A stretch of DNA of 64,000 nt from Nitrospirota bacterium (lineage in GTDB: Bacteria > Nitrospirota > Thermodesulfovibrionia > UBA6902). Below, in pieces: positions 27,633 to 37,643 of this stretch. A program made the translations under genes and the position numbers. The stretch is taken from NCBI GenBank assembly GCA_016215115.1, contig JACRLN010000024.1:35337-99336 (forward strand), written 5' to 3'. The stretch's first letter is position 1. Each line of letters begins with the position of its first letter. Below the pieces are notes generated by a model. It saw only the letters and a list, made by a program, of their open reading frames with translations. It ran no database searches and had not been told where the DNA came from.

Positions 27633-29272
27633 ACCATAATCATGAGCTTTCAGTAAAAGATTTACCATATATAGTCAGATGGCGTGACGACAGGTGCAAA
27701 CGCTGCGGCAGATGCACAGCCGTTTGTCCCATGCTTTCGATAGAACCGACTGTTGTTGTAAAACGGGTTTTACAGTCAGAGGGGGTGACGCCTGAACCCA
27801 AAGCAGCGCGGGCCGTCACTACCATGGTCAAACAAACTACCAACATCGAACGCTATTGCATAGGCTGCGGCACCTGCACTCTTGTTTGTCCAAACGAGGC
27901 GATAGAGCCGGAGTATAACCCTCAGCATAAATTTAACTTCCATAAAAACAAGGGCGGGCATCCTTACAGAAGGGGCGGCAGGAGAAACGACCCGAATCCT
28001 TCCACGCTTGACAGGCTCAGGTTCACAAGAATCTCCATGCTCACTGACCCTGCGCTTGATGCGGGAAGACACGAATTCAGGATAAGAACGTACCTGGGCA
28101 GGATACTTCCTGCAGAAGAACTGCCGTTGAAAATGATTGACGGCAAACTCGCTGCTGATAAAACTTCAGGAAAATTTATACCGCCTGTCCGTGAAATATA
28201 TCCCGTGATGATAGGCAGCATGTCCATAGGCGCGCTTTCTCCCACCATGTGGGAAGGGCTTGCAATGGGCATCACGTATCTTAACGAAGTTGAAGGCATG
28301 CCTGTTGTGATGTGCTCAGGTGAAGGCGGGATGCCGCAGAGACTTCTTAAGTCCCGGTTCATTAAATATTTTATTCCGCAGATTGCCTCAGGTTATTTCG
28401 GCTGGGATGAAATAGTGAGGACGCTTCCCCACATGATTGAAGACCCCTGCGCAATAGAGATTAAATACGGTCAGGGCGCAAAGCCCGGAGACGGCGGACT
28501 CCTTATGGCGCACAAGGTTCTGAAATTAATCTCTGAGATCCGCGGGGTGCCGATGGGCGTAGACCTTCCGTCGCCACCAACTCACCAGACCAAGTACTCG
28601 ATTGAAGAGTCTGTCGCCAAGATGATTCAGTCAATGTCAATGGCGTGGGGCTTCAGGGTGCCTGTTTATCCGAAGATTTCAGGAACAAGGACTGCAAAGG
28701 CAGTTCTGAATAATTTAGTCAGAAATCAGTATGCCGCTGCCCTTTCAATTGACGGTGAGGACGGAGGGACCGGAGCGGCTTACAATGTCTCGATGGATAC
28801 AATGGGACACCCCATTGCATCAAATATAAGAGAATGCTATCTCGACCTTGTAAAATATGGCAAGCAGAATGAACTTCCCCTTATTGCGGCAGGCGGCATC
28901 GGGAAAAAAGGGAACCTCGCGGCGAATGCGGCAGCCCTGTTCATGCTTGGCGCATCCGCTGTTTCAATAGGGAAATACATCATGCAGGCGGCAGCGGCGT
29001 GTTATGGAGACGAAATGAACCGCTGCAATGTGTGCAACCTTGGCAAATGCCCGAGAGGAATTACAACACAGGATCCGAAACTCTACAGAAGGCTGGACCC
29101 TGATGTGGTTGCGGAGAGAGTTGTTGAGGTATATAAGTCATTGGATGTGGAACTGAAAAAGATATTCGCTCCTATGGGAAGAAGTATGGAATTGCCAATA
29201 GGCATGTCCGACGGCATCAGCACAGATGACCATGCAATTGCCGAGAGGCTGCAGATAAATTATGTGTGTTGA
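27611..29272 (+). CDS. glutamate synthase FMN-binding subunit (GltB domain 2) with an N-terminal 2x[4Fe-4S] ferredoxin domain
   Basis: CKRCGRCTAVCPM and CIGCGTCTLVCPN, then a glutamate-synthase FMN-domain-like core (VMIGSMSIGALSP ... GEGG ... PGDGG ... IAAGGIG). Confidence 0.8.
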   Translation: MEPASRLDHNHELSVKDLPYIVRWRDDRCKRCGRCTAVCPMLSIEPTVVVKRVLQSEGVTPEPKAARAVTTMVKQTTNIERYCIGCGTCTLVCPNEAIEPEYNPQHKFNFHKNKGGHPYRRGGRRNDPNPSTLDRLRFTRISMLTDPALDAGRHEFRIRTYLGRILPAEELPLKMIDGKLAADKTSGKFIPPVREIYPVMIGSMSIGALSPTMWEGLAMGITYLNEVEGMPVVMCSGEGGMPQRLLKSRFIKYFIPQIASGYFGWDEIVRTLPHMIEDPCAIEIKYGQGAKPGDGGLLMAHKVLKLISEIRGVPMGVDLPSPPTHQTKYSIEESVAKMIQSMSMAWGFRVPVYPKISGTRTAKAVLNNLVRNQYAAALSIDGEDGGTGAAYNVSMDTMGHPIASNIRECYLDLVKYGKQNELPLIAAGGIGKKGNLAANAAALFMLGASAVSIGKYIMQAAAACYGDEMNRCNVCNLGKCPRGITTQDPKLYRRLDPDVVAERVVEVYKSLDVELKKIFAPMGRSMELPIGMSDGISTDDHAIAERLQINYVC

Positions 29273-29316
29273 AGATAAAACAAAGAACAAAGAACACAGA
29301 GCACAGACTAAAAACA

Positions 29317-29400
29317 TGTCATTCCCGCAGTCTGTTGAGCGGGAATCCAGAGTCTTTTTAGAGGGAACTGGATTCCGGCTTAAGGACTGCCGGAATGACA
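29317..29400. repeat. Family B double-hairpin repeat copy
   Basis: GTCATTCCCGCAGTCTGTTGAGCGGGAATCCAG ... CTGGATTCCGGCTTAAGGACTGCCGGAATGACA. About 90% identical to the reverse complement of the copy at 56866-56957. Confidence 0.8.
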
Positions 29401-29440
29401 ACTTTAATAGTATCTTCGGGACAGCGACATCAATTTAACA

Positions 29441-31774
29441 ATGAAAAAGATCACTTTAAAAGGAAACATTAACGGTAAGCGTACTCCTACCCGGATTTTC
29501 GAAGAAGAAATTCAGGACGCGGTTCGCCAGGGCGCGCGTGAACTCCAGGTTATTGCTGACGGACAACACGGCCTCGGCGGCAGGGTTTGGCCCAGAGGCG
29601 AGGTTGTAAGGATAACGGTAGAAGGCCCTGTGGGGCAGAGGCTCGGCAGCATGGGCTTTTTCGGAACCGAAATAGTGGTGAAAGGAAGCGCCTCAGACGA
29701 TGTTGGCTGGATAAACTGCGGGGCCACGATAACCGTTCTTGGTGACGTCACAAACGGCGCTCACAATGCCGCTGCACAGGGAATCCTTTATGTTCAGGGC
29801 GGAGGCGGCGCACGCTGTGACACGATGACAAAGCACAATCCCAAATTCGAACCGCCGCAGTCATGGTACTTTAGAGACGTGGGTGATACATTTGCAGAAT
29901 TCAAGGCAGGCGGAATAGCAGTTGTTTGCGGAGTAAATCCCAGAAATCCTGAAAATATTTTAGGCTACCGCCCTTGTGTCGGAATGGTGGGCGGAGTTGT
30001 ATATTTCCACGGCCCGATTCAGGGCTACAGCGAAGGCGATGTCAGGCTTCTTGAGTTGACGGACCAGGACTGGCAATGGCTCACTGAAAACATGAAGCCT
30101 TATCTTAAAGCGATAGAGCGCACTGAATACCTCGATCCCCTTATCCGCTCAAAAGATGATTGGAAAAAACTTGTCCCTTACTCAGCGCAGGAACGCGCAA
30201 AGAAGAAAGTCTTCAAGATATCCGTTACCGAGTTCCGAAACAGTATTTGGGAAACAGGAGTCGGCAAGGGCGGAATTTTTGCGGAGTATTTAAACCATCC
30301 TTTCACTGTTCTTCCGTATATCACAACCGGCAAGGACAGGAGATACAAGCCTGTATGGAATAATTTCAAGTACGCTCCACCCTGTGAATACGCGTGCCCG
30401 AGCGGAATACCCACGCAAAAACGCGCTCAGCTTATAAGGGCTGGAAAACTTCATGAGGCGTTGGAGCTCGTTCTCCAATACAGTCCGCTTCCCGCTTCAG
30501 TATGCGGAGAGATTTGTCCCAATCTCTGTATGCAGACATGCACAAGGGCGCAGGTTGACACGCCTTTCAATATCAAGGAGCTTGGCAGGGCGAGTGTTGA
30601 TTTAAAGCTCCCGAAGCGTGAGAAAAAGACAAATAAAAAGGTTGCGATTATCGGCGGCGGCCCCGGCGGATTATCTGCCGCATGGCAGCTTGCGCTGAAA
30701 GGGCATAACATTGACCTTTACGAGGCAGCGGAAAAGCTCGGAGGCAAACTCGAACTCTGCATCCCGCGAGAGAGGCTGCCCCGGAAGGTGCTCAGGAAAG
30801 AACTATCACGGTTTGAAGAAATCGGCGTGAAAGTCCATCTGAAGGCAGCAGTGAATAAAAAGAAGTTTGAGGATATATACAAAAAGCATGATGCAGTTGT
30901 TGTCGCCTGCGGAGCGCACAAACCGAGGATGATGAATATCCCCGGCGCAAATGATACGGTTTCCGCATATGACTTTTTGAAAGGAATAAATACCGGCGCT
31001 GCCCCGAAATTGAAAGACAAGAGAGTGGTCGTCATCGGCGCGGGAAATGTCGGCATGGACGTTGCAGCTCAAGCCTTCCACTGCGGCGCAAAAGAGGTAA
31101 CCGCAGTTGATATTCAGAAACCTGCTGCATTCGGCAAAGAGCTTGAGATCGCCCAGGCGCTTGGAACAAAAATCCTCTGGCCGAAATTCACCGGGAAATA
31201 CGTTAAGAAGGAAAAGAAGATTTTCTTCACCGACGGCTCATCGCTTGACGCAGATGTTGTCGTTGTATCCATAGGCGATACGCCGATGACGGAATTCCTT
31301 CCTCCATCAGTTCATACAAACAAACAGGGCTGGATAGAGGCAGACGAAGTCGGGCACACATCCGACCCGAAGGTCTATGCAATCGGCGACGCTACAAAGC
31401 CTGGACTTGTCACTCATGCAATCGGCCACGGCAGAAAGGCGGCGGACGCCGTTCACGCCCTGCTTACGGGAAGGTCTTATTACATGCCCGCCAAAAGACC
31501 GATGGTCCCGTATGACAAGATAAAAACCTCCTATTACGACATCTGCAAAGGCGAACCCTTCAAGCCGGATACAGAGGCAAACCGCTGCATGTCCTGCGCC
31601 GTATGCAGGGACTGCCACATGTGCGAGGCGACCTGCTATTACGGAGCGATCACCAGGAAGGATAATCCTGACGGCTCATATGAATACGTGGTTGACGAAA
31701 ACCTCTGCATCGGATGCAGCTTCTGCGCGGGAATCTGCCCCTGCGGCGTGTGGGAGATGGTGGAGAATATTTAA
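29441..31774 (+). CDS. glutamate synthase GXGXG domain (GltB domain 3) fused to a GltD-like NAD(P)H oxidoreductase subunit with a C-terminal ferredoxin
   Basis: N-terminal GXGXG repeats (GQHGLGG, GFFGTE, YVQGGGGARCDTM). Central 4Fe-4S (CPSGIP, CGEICPNLCMQTC) and a Rossmann FAD/NAD site (VAIIGGGPGGLSAAWQLA, VVIGAGNVGMD). C-terminal CIGCSFCAGICPCG. Confidence 0.8.
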   Translation: MKKITLKGNINGKRTPTRIFEEEIQDAVRQGARELQVIADGQHGLGGRVWPRGEVVRITVEGPVGQRLGSMGFFGTEIVVKGSASDDVGWINCGATITVLGDVTNGAHNAAAQGILYVQGGGGARCDTMTKHNPKFEPPQSWYFRDVGDTFAEFKAGGIAVVCGVNPRNPENILGYRPCVGMVGGVVYFHGPIQGYSEGDVRLLELTDQDWQWLTENMKPYLKAIERTEYLDPLIRSKDDWKKLVPYSAQERAKKKVFKISVTEFRNSIWETGVGKGGIFAEYLNHPFTVLPYITTGKDRRYKPVWNNFKYAPPCEYACPSGIPTQKRAQLIRAGKLHEALELVLQYSPLPASVCGEICPNLCMQTCTRAQVDTPFNIKELGRASVDLKLPKREKKTNKKVAIIGGGPGGLSAAWQLALKGHNIDLYEAAEKLGGKLELCIPRERLPRKVLRKELSRFEEIGVKVHLKAAVNKKKFEDIYKKHDAVVVACGAHKPRMMNIPGANDTVSAYDFLKGINTGAAPKLKDKRVVVIGAGNVGMDVAAQAFHCGAKEVTAVDIQKPAAFGKELEIAQALGTKILWPKFTGKYVKKEKKIFFTDGSSLDADVVVVSIGDTPMTEFLPPSVHTNKQGWIEADEVGHTSDPKVYAIGDATKPGLVTHAIGHGRKAADAVHALLTGRSYYMPAKRPMVPYDKIKTSYYDICKGEPFKPDTEANRCMSCAVCRDCHMCEATCYYGAITRKDNPDGSYEYVVDENLCIGCSFCAGICPCGVWEMVENI

Positions 31775-32013
31775 GATTCCAGACACCAGTTCTTTTTAAT
31801 TTTCAGGAATCCATAGAAACCAGAATAATCAGTTTTCCGTACATTTCCAGCCTTTCACAGTATGAAACATTGCCCCAATCCCGATAATCTCTCAACATTA
31901 CATACCTTAACCCAGAAAATGCATTTTTTGGTTAAGTAATATCCGGATTTGACCGAATTATATATATTTACTGTTAATAACGGGGCAATTGCGTAATTTG
32001 AGGTAATAAAAAA

Positions 32014-33585
32014 ATGAAGCTGCGCTATAAAATAATAGGCATATGCATGGTCTTCTCCTTAATTGCCGGTATTACTATATTCTTCAGTATTGACACAATC
32101 ATTTCTTTGAAAGATAATTTTTCGAGGGTTACAGATGAAACAATGCCGGTTATCAAAAGCCTCGAGGATTTAAGGTTCGCAGCTCTCAGGATAGTCTCTT
32201 CTACACATGAATTTGGCCTTATCATCGCAGAAACGAAAACAGCTGATAAAGCTGAAAAAAATCAGGAACGGAAAGAAGAGAATCATATAAAATCTGCAAA
32301 AGAACTATATGAAAACGCCCTTAAGAGGTATGAATATTTAACAAATATGAATTCTCCGGGAAAAAGAGATCATGTGAAAAACGTGCATGAAGCGGGACAG
32401 CATTTTCTACAACTGAGCGAACAATTCATAGAAATGAAAGAACATGGTTCTGCCGGTTTAGAAATCCTTGAGATAATGAAACAATTTGAAAATGCAAAAA
32501 TATTTTTCCTGAATACAATAAACATGCACCTCGATCAGGAAGGAAAAGAGCTTCAGGAACGAAGAGCGAAAGTTGCATCCATGTATGGGAATGCGATTAA
32601 AACAATATTTATTGTGAGTGGGACCACATTTTTCATGGCCCTGATAAGCAGCTTAATAATGTCAGTGTTCATCACGCGTCCGATTGAGAAATTAAAGCTT
32701 GCTGCTGCCATGATAGGACAGGGCGCTTTAGACACTAAGGTAGATATAAGATCTAATGACGAGATTGGAGAACTGGCAAGGTCTTTTAACAAAATGACCT
32801 GTGACTTGAAAAAATCACGCGATGAATTATCTTCAACAACCGAAAGGCTAAAACAGAGCAACAAAGAACTTCATGAATTTCTTTTCATCGCTTCGCATGA
32901 TCTTCAGGAGCCCTTACGGAAAGTCATGGTATTCGGAGATCGGTTGAAGGACACCGACTCAGAAATTCTCAGCGAAAAGGGACGGGATTATATTGAGCGA
33001 ATGCAGAATACAACAAGGAGAATGCAGGTACTTATCAATGACCTCCTGTCATTTGCAAGAGTAAGCATTAATACCAAACCCTTTATCCCGGTTGATCTTT
33101 CCATGGTAGCTAAAAATGTGACAACTGATATAAAAGCTCTTATTAAACAAACAGGAGGGAGTGTTGAAGTCAAAGAACTGGCTGCGTTGGATGCTAACCC
33201 TGTCCAGATGCATCAACTGTTTTTTAACATTATTGACAATGCTTTAAAATTCCGTAAAAAGAACGAACCACCTGTCGTTACAGTGCAAGGCGCATATATT
33301 CCAAAAAATGGAGCTGACCAAAGCAGCAGTTCTAACGAATGCGGATTATACCAAATCACAATTGAAGACAACGGCATAGGCTTTGATGAAAAGTATGCAG
33401 AACGCATCTTCAGGGTTTTTCAGAGACTGCATGCCAGAAATGAGTATTCAGGGACCGGTATCGGTCTTTCAGTCTGCAAAAAGATTGTAGAGCGCCATGG
33501 CGGAAGTATTTCGGCGAAAAGTGCGCCTGGCGATGGCACGAAATTAATTGTAACCTTACCAGTCAAACAGAGTAATGGGGGATAA
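32014..33585 (+). CDS. membrane sensor histidine kinase (2 TM, HAMP, HisKA, HATPase_c)
   Basis: H-box ASHDLQEPLRKV, plus N/G boxes (DNGIGFDEKYAERIF, GTGIGLSVCKK). Confidence 0.8.
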   Translation: MKLRYKIIGICMVFSLIAGITIFFSIDTIISLKDNFSRVTDETMPVIKSLEDLRFAALRIVSSTHEFGLIIAETKTADKAEKNQERKEENHIKSAKELYENALKRYEYLTNMNSPGKRDHVKNVHEAGQHFLQLSEQFIEMKEHGSAGLEILEIMKQFENAKIFFLNTINMHLDQEGKELQERRAKVASMYGNAIKTIFIVSGTTFFMALISSLIMSVFITRPIEKLKLAAAMIGQGALDTKVDIRSNDEIGELARSFNKMTCDLKKSRDELSSTTERLKQSNKELHEFLFIASHDLQEPLRKVMVFGDRLKDTDSEILSEKGRDYIERMQNTTRRMQVLINDLLSFARVSINTKPFIPVDLSMVAKNVTTDIKALIKQTGGSVEVKELAALDANPVQMHQLFFNIIDNALKFRKKNEPPVVTVQGAYIPKNGADQSSSSNECGLYQITIEDNGIGFDEKYAERIFRVFQRLHARNEYSGTGIGLSVCKKIVERHGGSISAKSAPGDGTKLIVTLPVKQSNGG

Positions 33586-33617
33586 CATATGACTAATTAT
33601 AAGGATAGAGGCATTGA

Positions 33618-35054
33618 ATGTTTAAATCAATAAAACTAAAGATACTTGCCGCGCAAATTGTTATGAGCCTGCTTACGGCTCTTACGATAACCATCTTCAG
33701 AAATGCTGCAATTATTTTCCTCATAGTACTTGGCATAAGCATTATAATCTCCCGGAAACTGTCTTATAGCATAACGGCACCGATTATCAAACTCTCCAGG
33801 ACGACTCAGGGCGATTTTTTACAAAAAGTGCATATCGACTCAAATGATGAAATCGGCTTCCTTGCTGCCTCTATCAACCGGTTGATGGAAACTCTCCAGA
33901 AAACAATGAGGTCCTGCGAGGCATTTCAGGAACAAAGTGAATTCCTCAAGCATGTTGTCAATTCAATCCCCTATCCTTTTATTGTCTTAAATGCTGCAGA
34001 CTTCTCTGTTAAACTGGCAAACTCAGCCGCTTCACAATCAGGAGACTTCAAAAACATGCCCTGTTATGAAATAGCTAAACTGTCTGACATGCCATGCGTA
34101 GGCCATGAGCACAAGTGTTGTCTCGAATCAATAAAAGAGACTAAAGAACCGGTAATCATAGAGTGTCTGCATCATGATAAAGATGACAATAACAGATATT
34201 ACAGAATCCATGCTCATCCGATTTTTAATGACGGGGGGGACGTTACAGAGATAATCGAGTACTCAATTGATGTTACTGAAAGCAAGCGTGCAGAGATTGA
34301 TATCATAATGTATGCGGAAAAACTTAGGATAAGCAACAGGGAATTTCAGGAATTTTCCTATGTGGCCTCCCATGACCTTCAGGAGCCCTTACGGAAAGTG
34401 ACAGCTTTTGGTGACCGCCTGAAAGCCACATGTGGAGATGCTCTCGGGGAGAAAGGCAGTGATTACCTTGAGAGAATGCTGAACTCCGCAAAACGAATGC
34501 AGAACCTGATAAACGGTTTATTGGCTTTTTGCCATGTTACAACAAAGGCCCAGCCTCTTGTTCACGTGGACCTCTCCGTAATAACAAAAGAGGTTCTATC
34601 TGATCTCGAAGTGCGTATCGAACAGACTGGCGGACGGGTTGAAGTCGGAGATCTCCCCACACTGAATGCAGATCCGCTTCAGATGAGGCAATTATTACAG
34701 AACCTTATTGGTAATTCCCTTAAATTCCACAAAAAGGACGAACCTCCTGTTGTCAAAATTTCAGGATCTTTTATAAACAGTAATGGAAATAATCCAACTA
34801 TTGGACTTGATGACGGGAAACCCTATCAGATCATGGTTACAGACAACGGCATAGGATTTGATGAAAAATATGCAGAGCGTATATTTGGCGTATTTCAGAG
34901 GCTGCATGGCAGACAGGAGTATGAAGGAACCGGCATCGGTCTCTCTGTTTGCAAAAAAATTGTCGAAAGACACGGCGGAACCATAACTGCAAAAAGTACC
35001 CCGGGAGAAGGAACAACATTTATAGTGACGCTCCCTGTAAAGCAGTCAAATTGA
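33618..35054 (+). CDS. sensor histidine kinase (TM, HAMP, Cys-containing PAS, HisKA, HATPase_c); paralog of the upstream kinase
   Basis: H-box ASHDLQEPLRKV. The C-terminal 230 aa are near-collinear with the 32014 kinase. The PAS region carries PCYEIAKLSDMPCVGHEHKCC. Confidence 0.8.
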   Translation: MFKSIKLKILAAQIVMSLLTALTITIFRNAAIIFLIVLGISIIISRKLSYSITAPIIKLSRTTQGDFLQKVHIDSNDEIGFLAASINRLMETLQKTMRSCEAFQEQSEFLKHVVNSIPYPFIVLNAADFSVKLANSAASQSGDFKNMPCYEIAKLSDMPCVGHEHKCCLESIKETKEPVIIECLHHDKDDNNRYYRIHAHPIFNDGGDVTEIIEYSIDVTESKRAEIDIIMYAEKLRISNREFQEFSYVASHDLQEPLRKVTAFGDRLKATCGDALGEKGSDYLERMLNSAKRMQNLINGLLAFCHVTTKAQPLVHVDLSVITKEVLSDLEVRIEQTGGRVEVGDLPTLNADPLQMRQLLQNLIGNSLKFHKKDEPPVVKISGSFINSNGNNPTIGLDDGKPYQIMVTDNGIGFDEKYAERIFGVFQRLHGRQEYEGTGIGLSVCKKIVERHGGTITAKSTPGEGTTFIVTLPVKQSN

Positions 35055-35170
35055 GCATATAACCTGCTTTATCCATTTATTTAAGAAATTAATATTTTTT
35101 GCCGATATATAAAAAGTTGCAAGGGGACATAATATTACCTTACAGCAAAATTAATAACAGTTAAAGTGAA

Positions 35171-36961
35171 ATGACTGACAAAGTAATAAAAATACTGCTG
35201 GTGGACGACGATGAGGATGATTATATCATGACCCGGGACCTGCTTTCCGGGGTCGAAGGCACACACTACGAATTGCAGTGGATTAAAACCTATGACAGCG
35301 CCGTTGAAATTATTGATCAGAAAAATCATGATGTTTATCTTTTTGATTATCACCTTGGCGAACACACTGGACTGGAGCTCCTGCTTCAGGTAATCAAAAA
35401 TGGATGCAGGGCGCCGATTATCATGCTGACCGGCCAGGGGGACAAGGAATTAGACATGCAGGCAATGAAAACAGGCGCAGCAGATTACCTTGTGAAAGGA
35501 CACATCAATTCCCCGCTGCTGGAACGGTCTATCAGGTATGCCATTGAACGAAAGCGCTCAGAAGAAGATATATACCGGATGGCATATTATGACATCCTGA
35601 CCAATCTCCCGAACCGTCTTCTTTTCAGGGACCGACTGAAACAGGCGATCGGCCTTGCCGAACGTTATAACAGGCTGGGTGCGGTAATGTTTCTTGATCT
35701 CGACAACTTCAAGCGTATCAACGATACCTTTGGCCACTATACAGGTGACCAGCTATTAAAAAGTACCGCTGAACGTCTAAAAAACTGTATGCGCAAATGC
35801 GACTCCCTGTCCCGGCAAAACGTTGATGATTCGGTCGACACAATTGCCCGTCTGGGCGGTGATGAATTTACAATAATACTTACAGAGATCAAGCACATCG
35901 AAGATTCTGCAAAAGTAGCACAGCGGATTCTCGGCAGCCTGTCAGAGCAGTTTGTGCTGAACGACCATGAAATATTTATAAGCGCAAGTGTCGGCATAGC
36001 CATATATCCGCATGATGGAAAAGATATTGACAGCATTCTAAAAAACGCAGATGCGGCGATGTATCATGCAAAGGCAGAGGGGAAAAATAATTACCAGTAT
36101 TACAAACAGTCCATGAACGCTTCCGCACTTGAAAAACTTACGATGGAAAATGACCTTCGGAAGGCGCTTGAACGGAAAGAGTTTACTCTCTATTATCAGC
36201 CACAGATTGATATCGCAAAGCGTAAAATAGTCGGGCTGGAAGCGCTGATAAGATGGCACAGGACAGACAAGACAGTAGTTTTACCTGCAGATTTTATTCC
36301 ACTGGCCGAAGAAACCGGCTTAATAATTCCAATAAGCAATTGGGTAATACATACGGCCTGTGAGCAAAATAAGGCGTGGCAGGCTGCCGGTTTTTCAAAT
36401 ATTCCCATATCAGTCAACATTTCCAATCTGCAGTTTCAGCAAAAAAATTTCGTAAATACTATTGTTCAGGTTTTGAGAGATACCGGCCTGCGCCCGGGAA
36501 ATATCATACTGGAAATTACCGAAAGCACAATTATGCATAATGCAGATATGGTATTTGCAACATTATATGAACTGTCTTGCATGGGATTACGGCTCACAAT
36601 TGATGATTTCGGAACCGGTTATTCGTCCCTGAGCTATCTGAAACGCATTCCTCTTTATTCCATAAAGATCGACCGTTCTTTTATAAAGGAACTACCTGAC
36701 AGTCCTGATGATGCAGCAATTTCAAAGGCGATCATTTCGATGGCGCATTCTCTGAAACTAAGAGTTGTTGCAGAAGGCGTTGAAACAGAACAGCAACTGG
36801 CATTTTTATCTAAACAGGGATGCGACGAGTTTCAGGGATTTCTTTTCAGCCGTCCCTTGCCTGCAGACGAGATTTTTAAATTATTGACCGGGGAAAGAAA
36901 TGGTGCGGGCCTCATGTTGTCATCTTTGCACAAAATATCGGAACCCGTGCAGAAGACTTAA
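35171..36961 (+). CDS. response regulator with REC-GGDEF-EAL domains
   Basis: REC (ILLVDDDEDD ... phospho-Asp region), GGDEF (RLGGDEFTII) and EAL (LEALIRW ... conserved downstream motifs). Confidence 0.85.
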   Translation: MTDKVIKILLVDDDEDDYIMTRDLLSGVEGTHYELQWIKTYDSAVEIIDQKNHDVYLFDYHLGEHTGLELLLQVIKNGCRAPIIMLTGQGDKELDMQAMKTGAADYLVKGHINSPLLERSIRYAIERKRSEEDIYRMAYYDILTNLPNRLLFRDRLKQAIGLAERYNRLGAVMFLDLDNFKRINDTFGHYTGDQLLKSTAERLKNCMRKCDSLSRQNVDDSVDTIARLGGDEFTIILTEIKHIEDSAKVAQRILGSLSEQFVLNDHEIFISASVGIAIYPHDGKDIDSILKNADAAMYHAKAEGKNNYQYYKQSMNASALEKLTMENDLRKALERKEFTLYYQPQIDIAKRKIVGLEALIRWHRTDKTVVLPADFIPLAEETGLIIPISNWVIHTACEQNKAWQAAGFSNIPISVNISNLQFQQKNFVNTIVQVLRDTGLRPGNIILEITESTIMHNADMVFATLYELSCMGLRLTIDDFGTGYSSLSYLKRIPLYSIKIDRSFIKELPDSPDDAAISKAIISMAHSLKLRVVAEGVETEQQLAFLSKQGCDEFQGFLFSRPLPADEIFKLLTGERNGAGLMLSSLHKISEPVQKT

Positions 36962-36999
36962 AAAACAGAAATCAAAATTATATAAGGAGGCAGAATCAA

Positions 37000-37446
37000 A
37001 TGGAAAAAGACCCCAAATCTATAACAATTCTCATGGCTGATGACGATGAGGATGACCGTCTTATGGCGGAAGAGGCGCTGAAAGAAGCTAAACTGTTAAA
37101 TCCCGTACGCTTTGTTAAAGATGGTGAGGAACTGCTTGATTATCTATATCAACGCGGCGAGTATTCAAACGGAAATAGCGCTCCCCGTCCCGGATTAATC
37201 CTGCTTGATTTGAATATGCCAAGAAAAGACGGCCGTGAGGCGCTCATGGAAATCAAGCAAGACCCTGAACTGAAGCAAATACCAATTGTAGTGCTGACAA
37301 CATCAGTGTCTGAAGAAGATATTTATCGTACTTACGATCTCGGCGTAAATTCATACATTACAAAGCCGGTCGCCTTCGAGGGATTGGTGGAGGTAATGAA
37401 AAACCTGGCAAACTACTGGTTTAATATTGTAAAACTGCCATCTTAA
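37000..37446 (+). CDS. stand-alone CheY-like response regulator receiver
   Basis: ILMADDDEDD ... LILLDLNMPRKDG ... K. Confidence 0.8.
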   Translation: MEKDPKSITILMADDDEDDRLMAEEALKEAKLLNPVRFVKDGEELLDYLYQRGEYSNGNSAPRPGLILLDLNMPRKDGREALMEIKQDPELKQIPIVVLTTSVSEEDIYRTYDLGVNSYITKPVAFEGLVEVMKNLANYWFNIVKLPS

Positions 37447-37460
37447 GGCAGAGGCATGAA

Positions 37461-37540
37461 ATAGAAGAAGTTGAGAAAATTGGAAGATGAGAAGTTGTGC
37501 CCTTTTGCCTTCATAATTTCCGGACATTCCCTTAAGCTTT
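37461..37540. repeat. Family D element (AGAAGAAGTTGAGAAAATTGGAAGATGAGAAGTTG ... inverted CTTTTGCCTTCATAATTTCCGGACATTCCCTTAAGC)
   Basis: Seen directly, 3' of the REC gene. Confidence 0.6.
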
Positions 37541-37643
37541 AACATATTTAATCCGATATAAATAAACGAGAGGAGAGCGCTCGTTTTTCAGCGTGTATAA
37601 TGCATGTGCAGTCTGAAAAAAGTACATATTAAGTGGTAAAAAA

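Noticed and set aside
29138-29401. ORF-track proteins 29138-29401, 56861-57091, 56869-57051, 57305-57526, 57459-57644 and 58307-58510
   Set aside because: They read through Family B repeat copies. Their near-identical N-termini (MSFRQSLSRNPVP...) are produced by the repeat itself, and there is no ribosome-binding site or conservation logic. Treated as artefacts.
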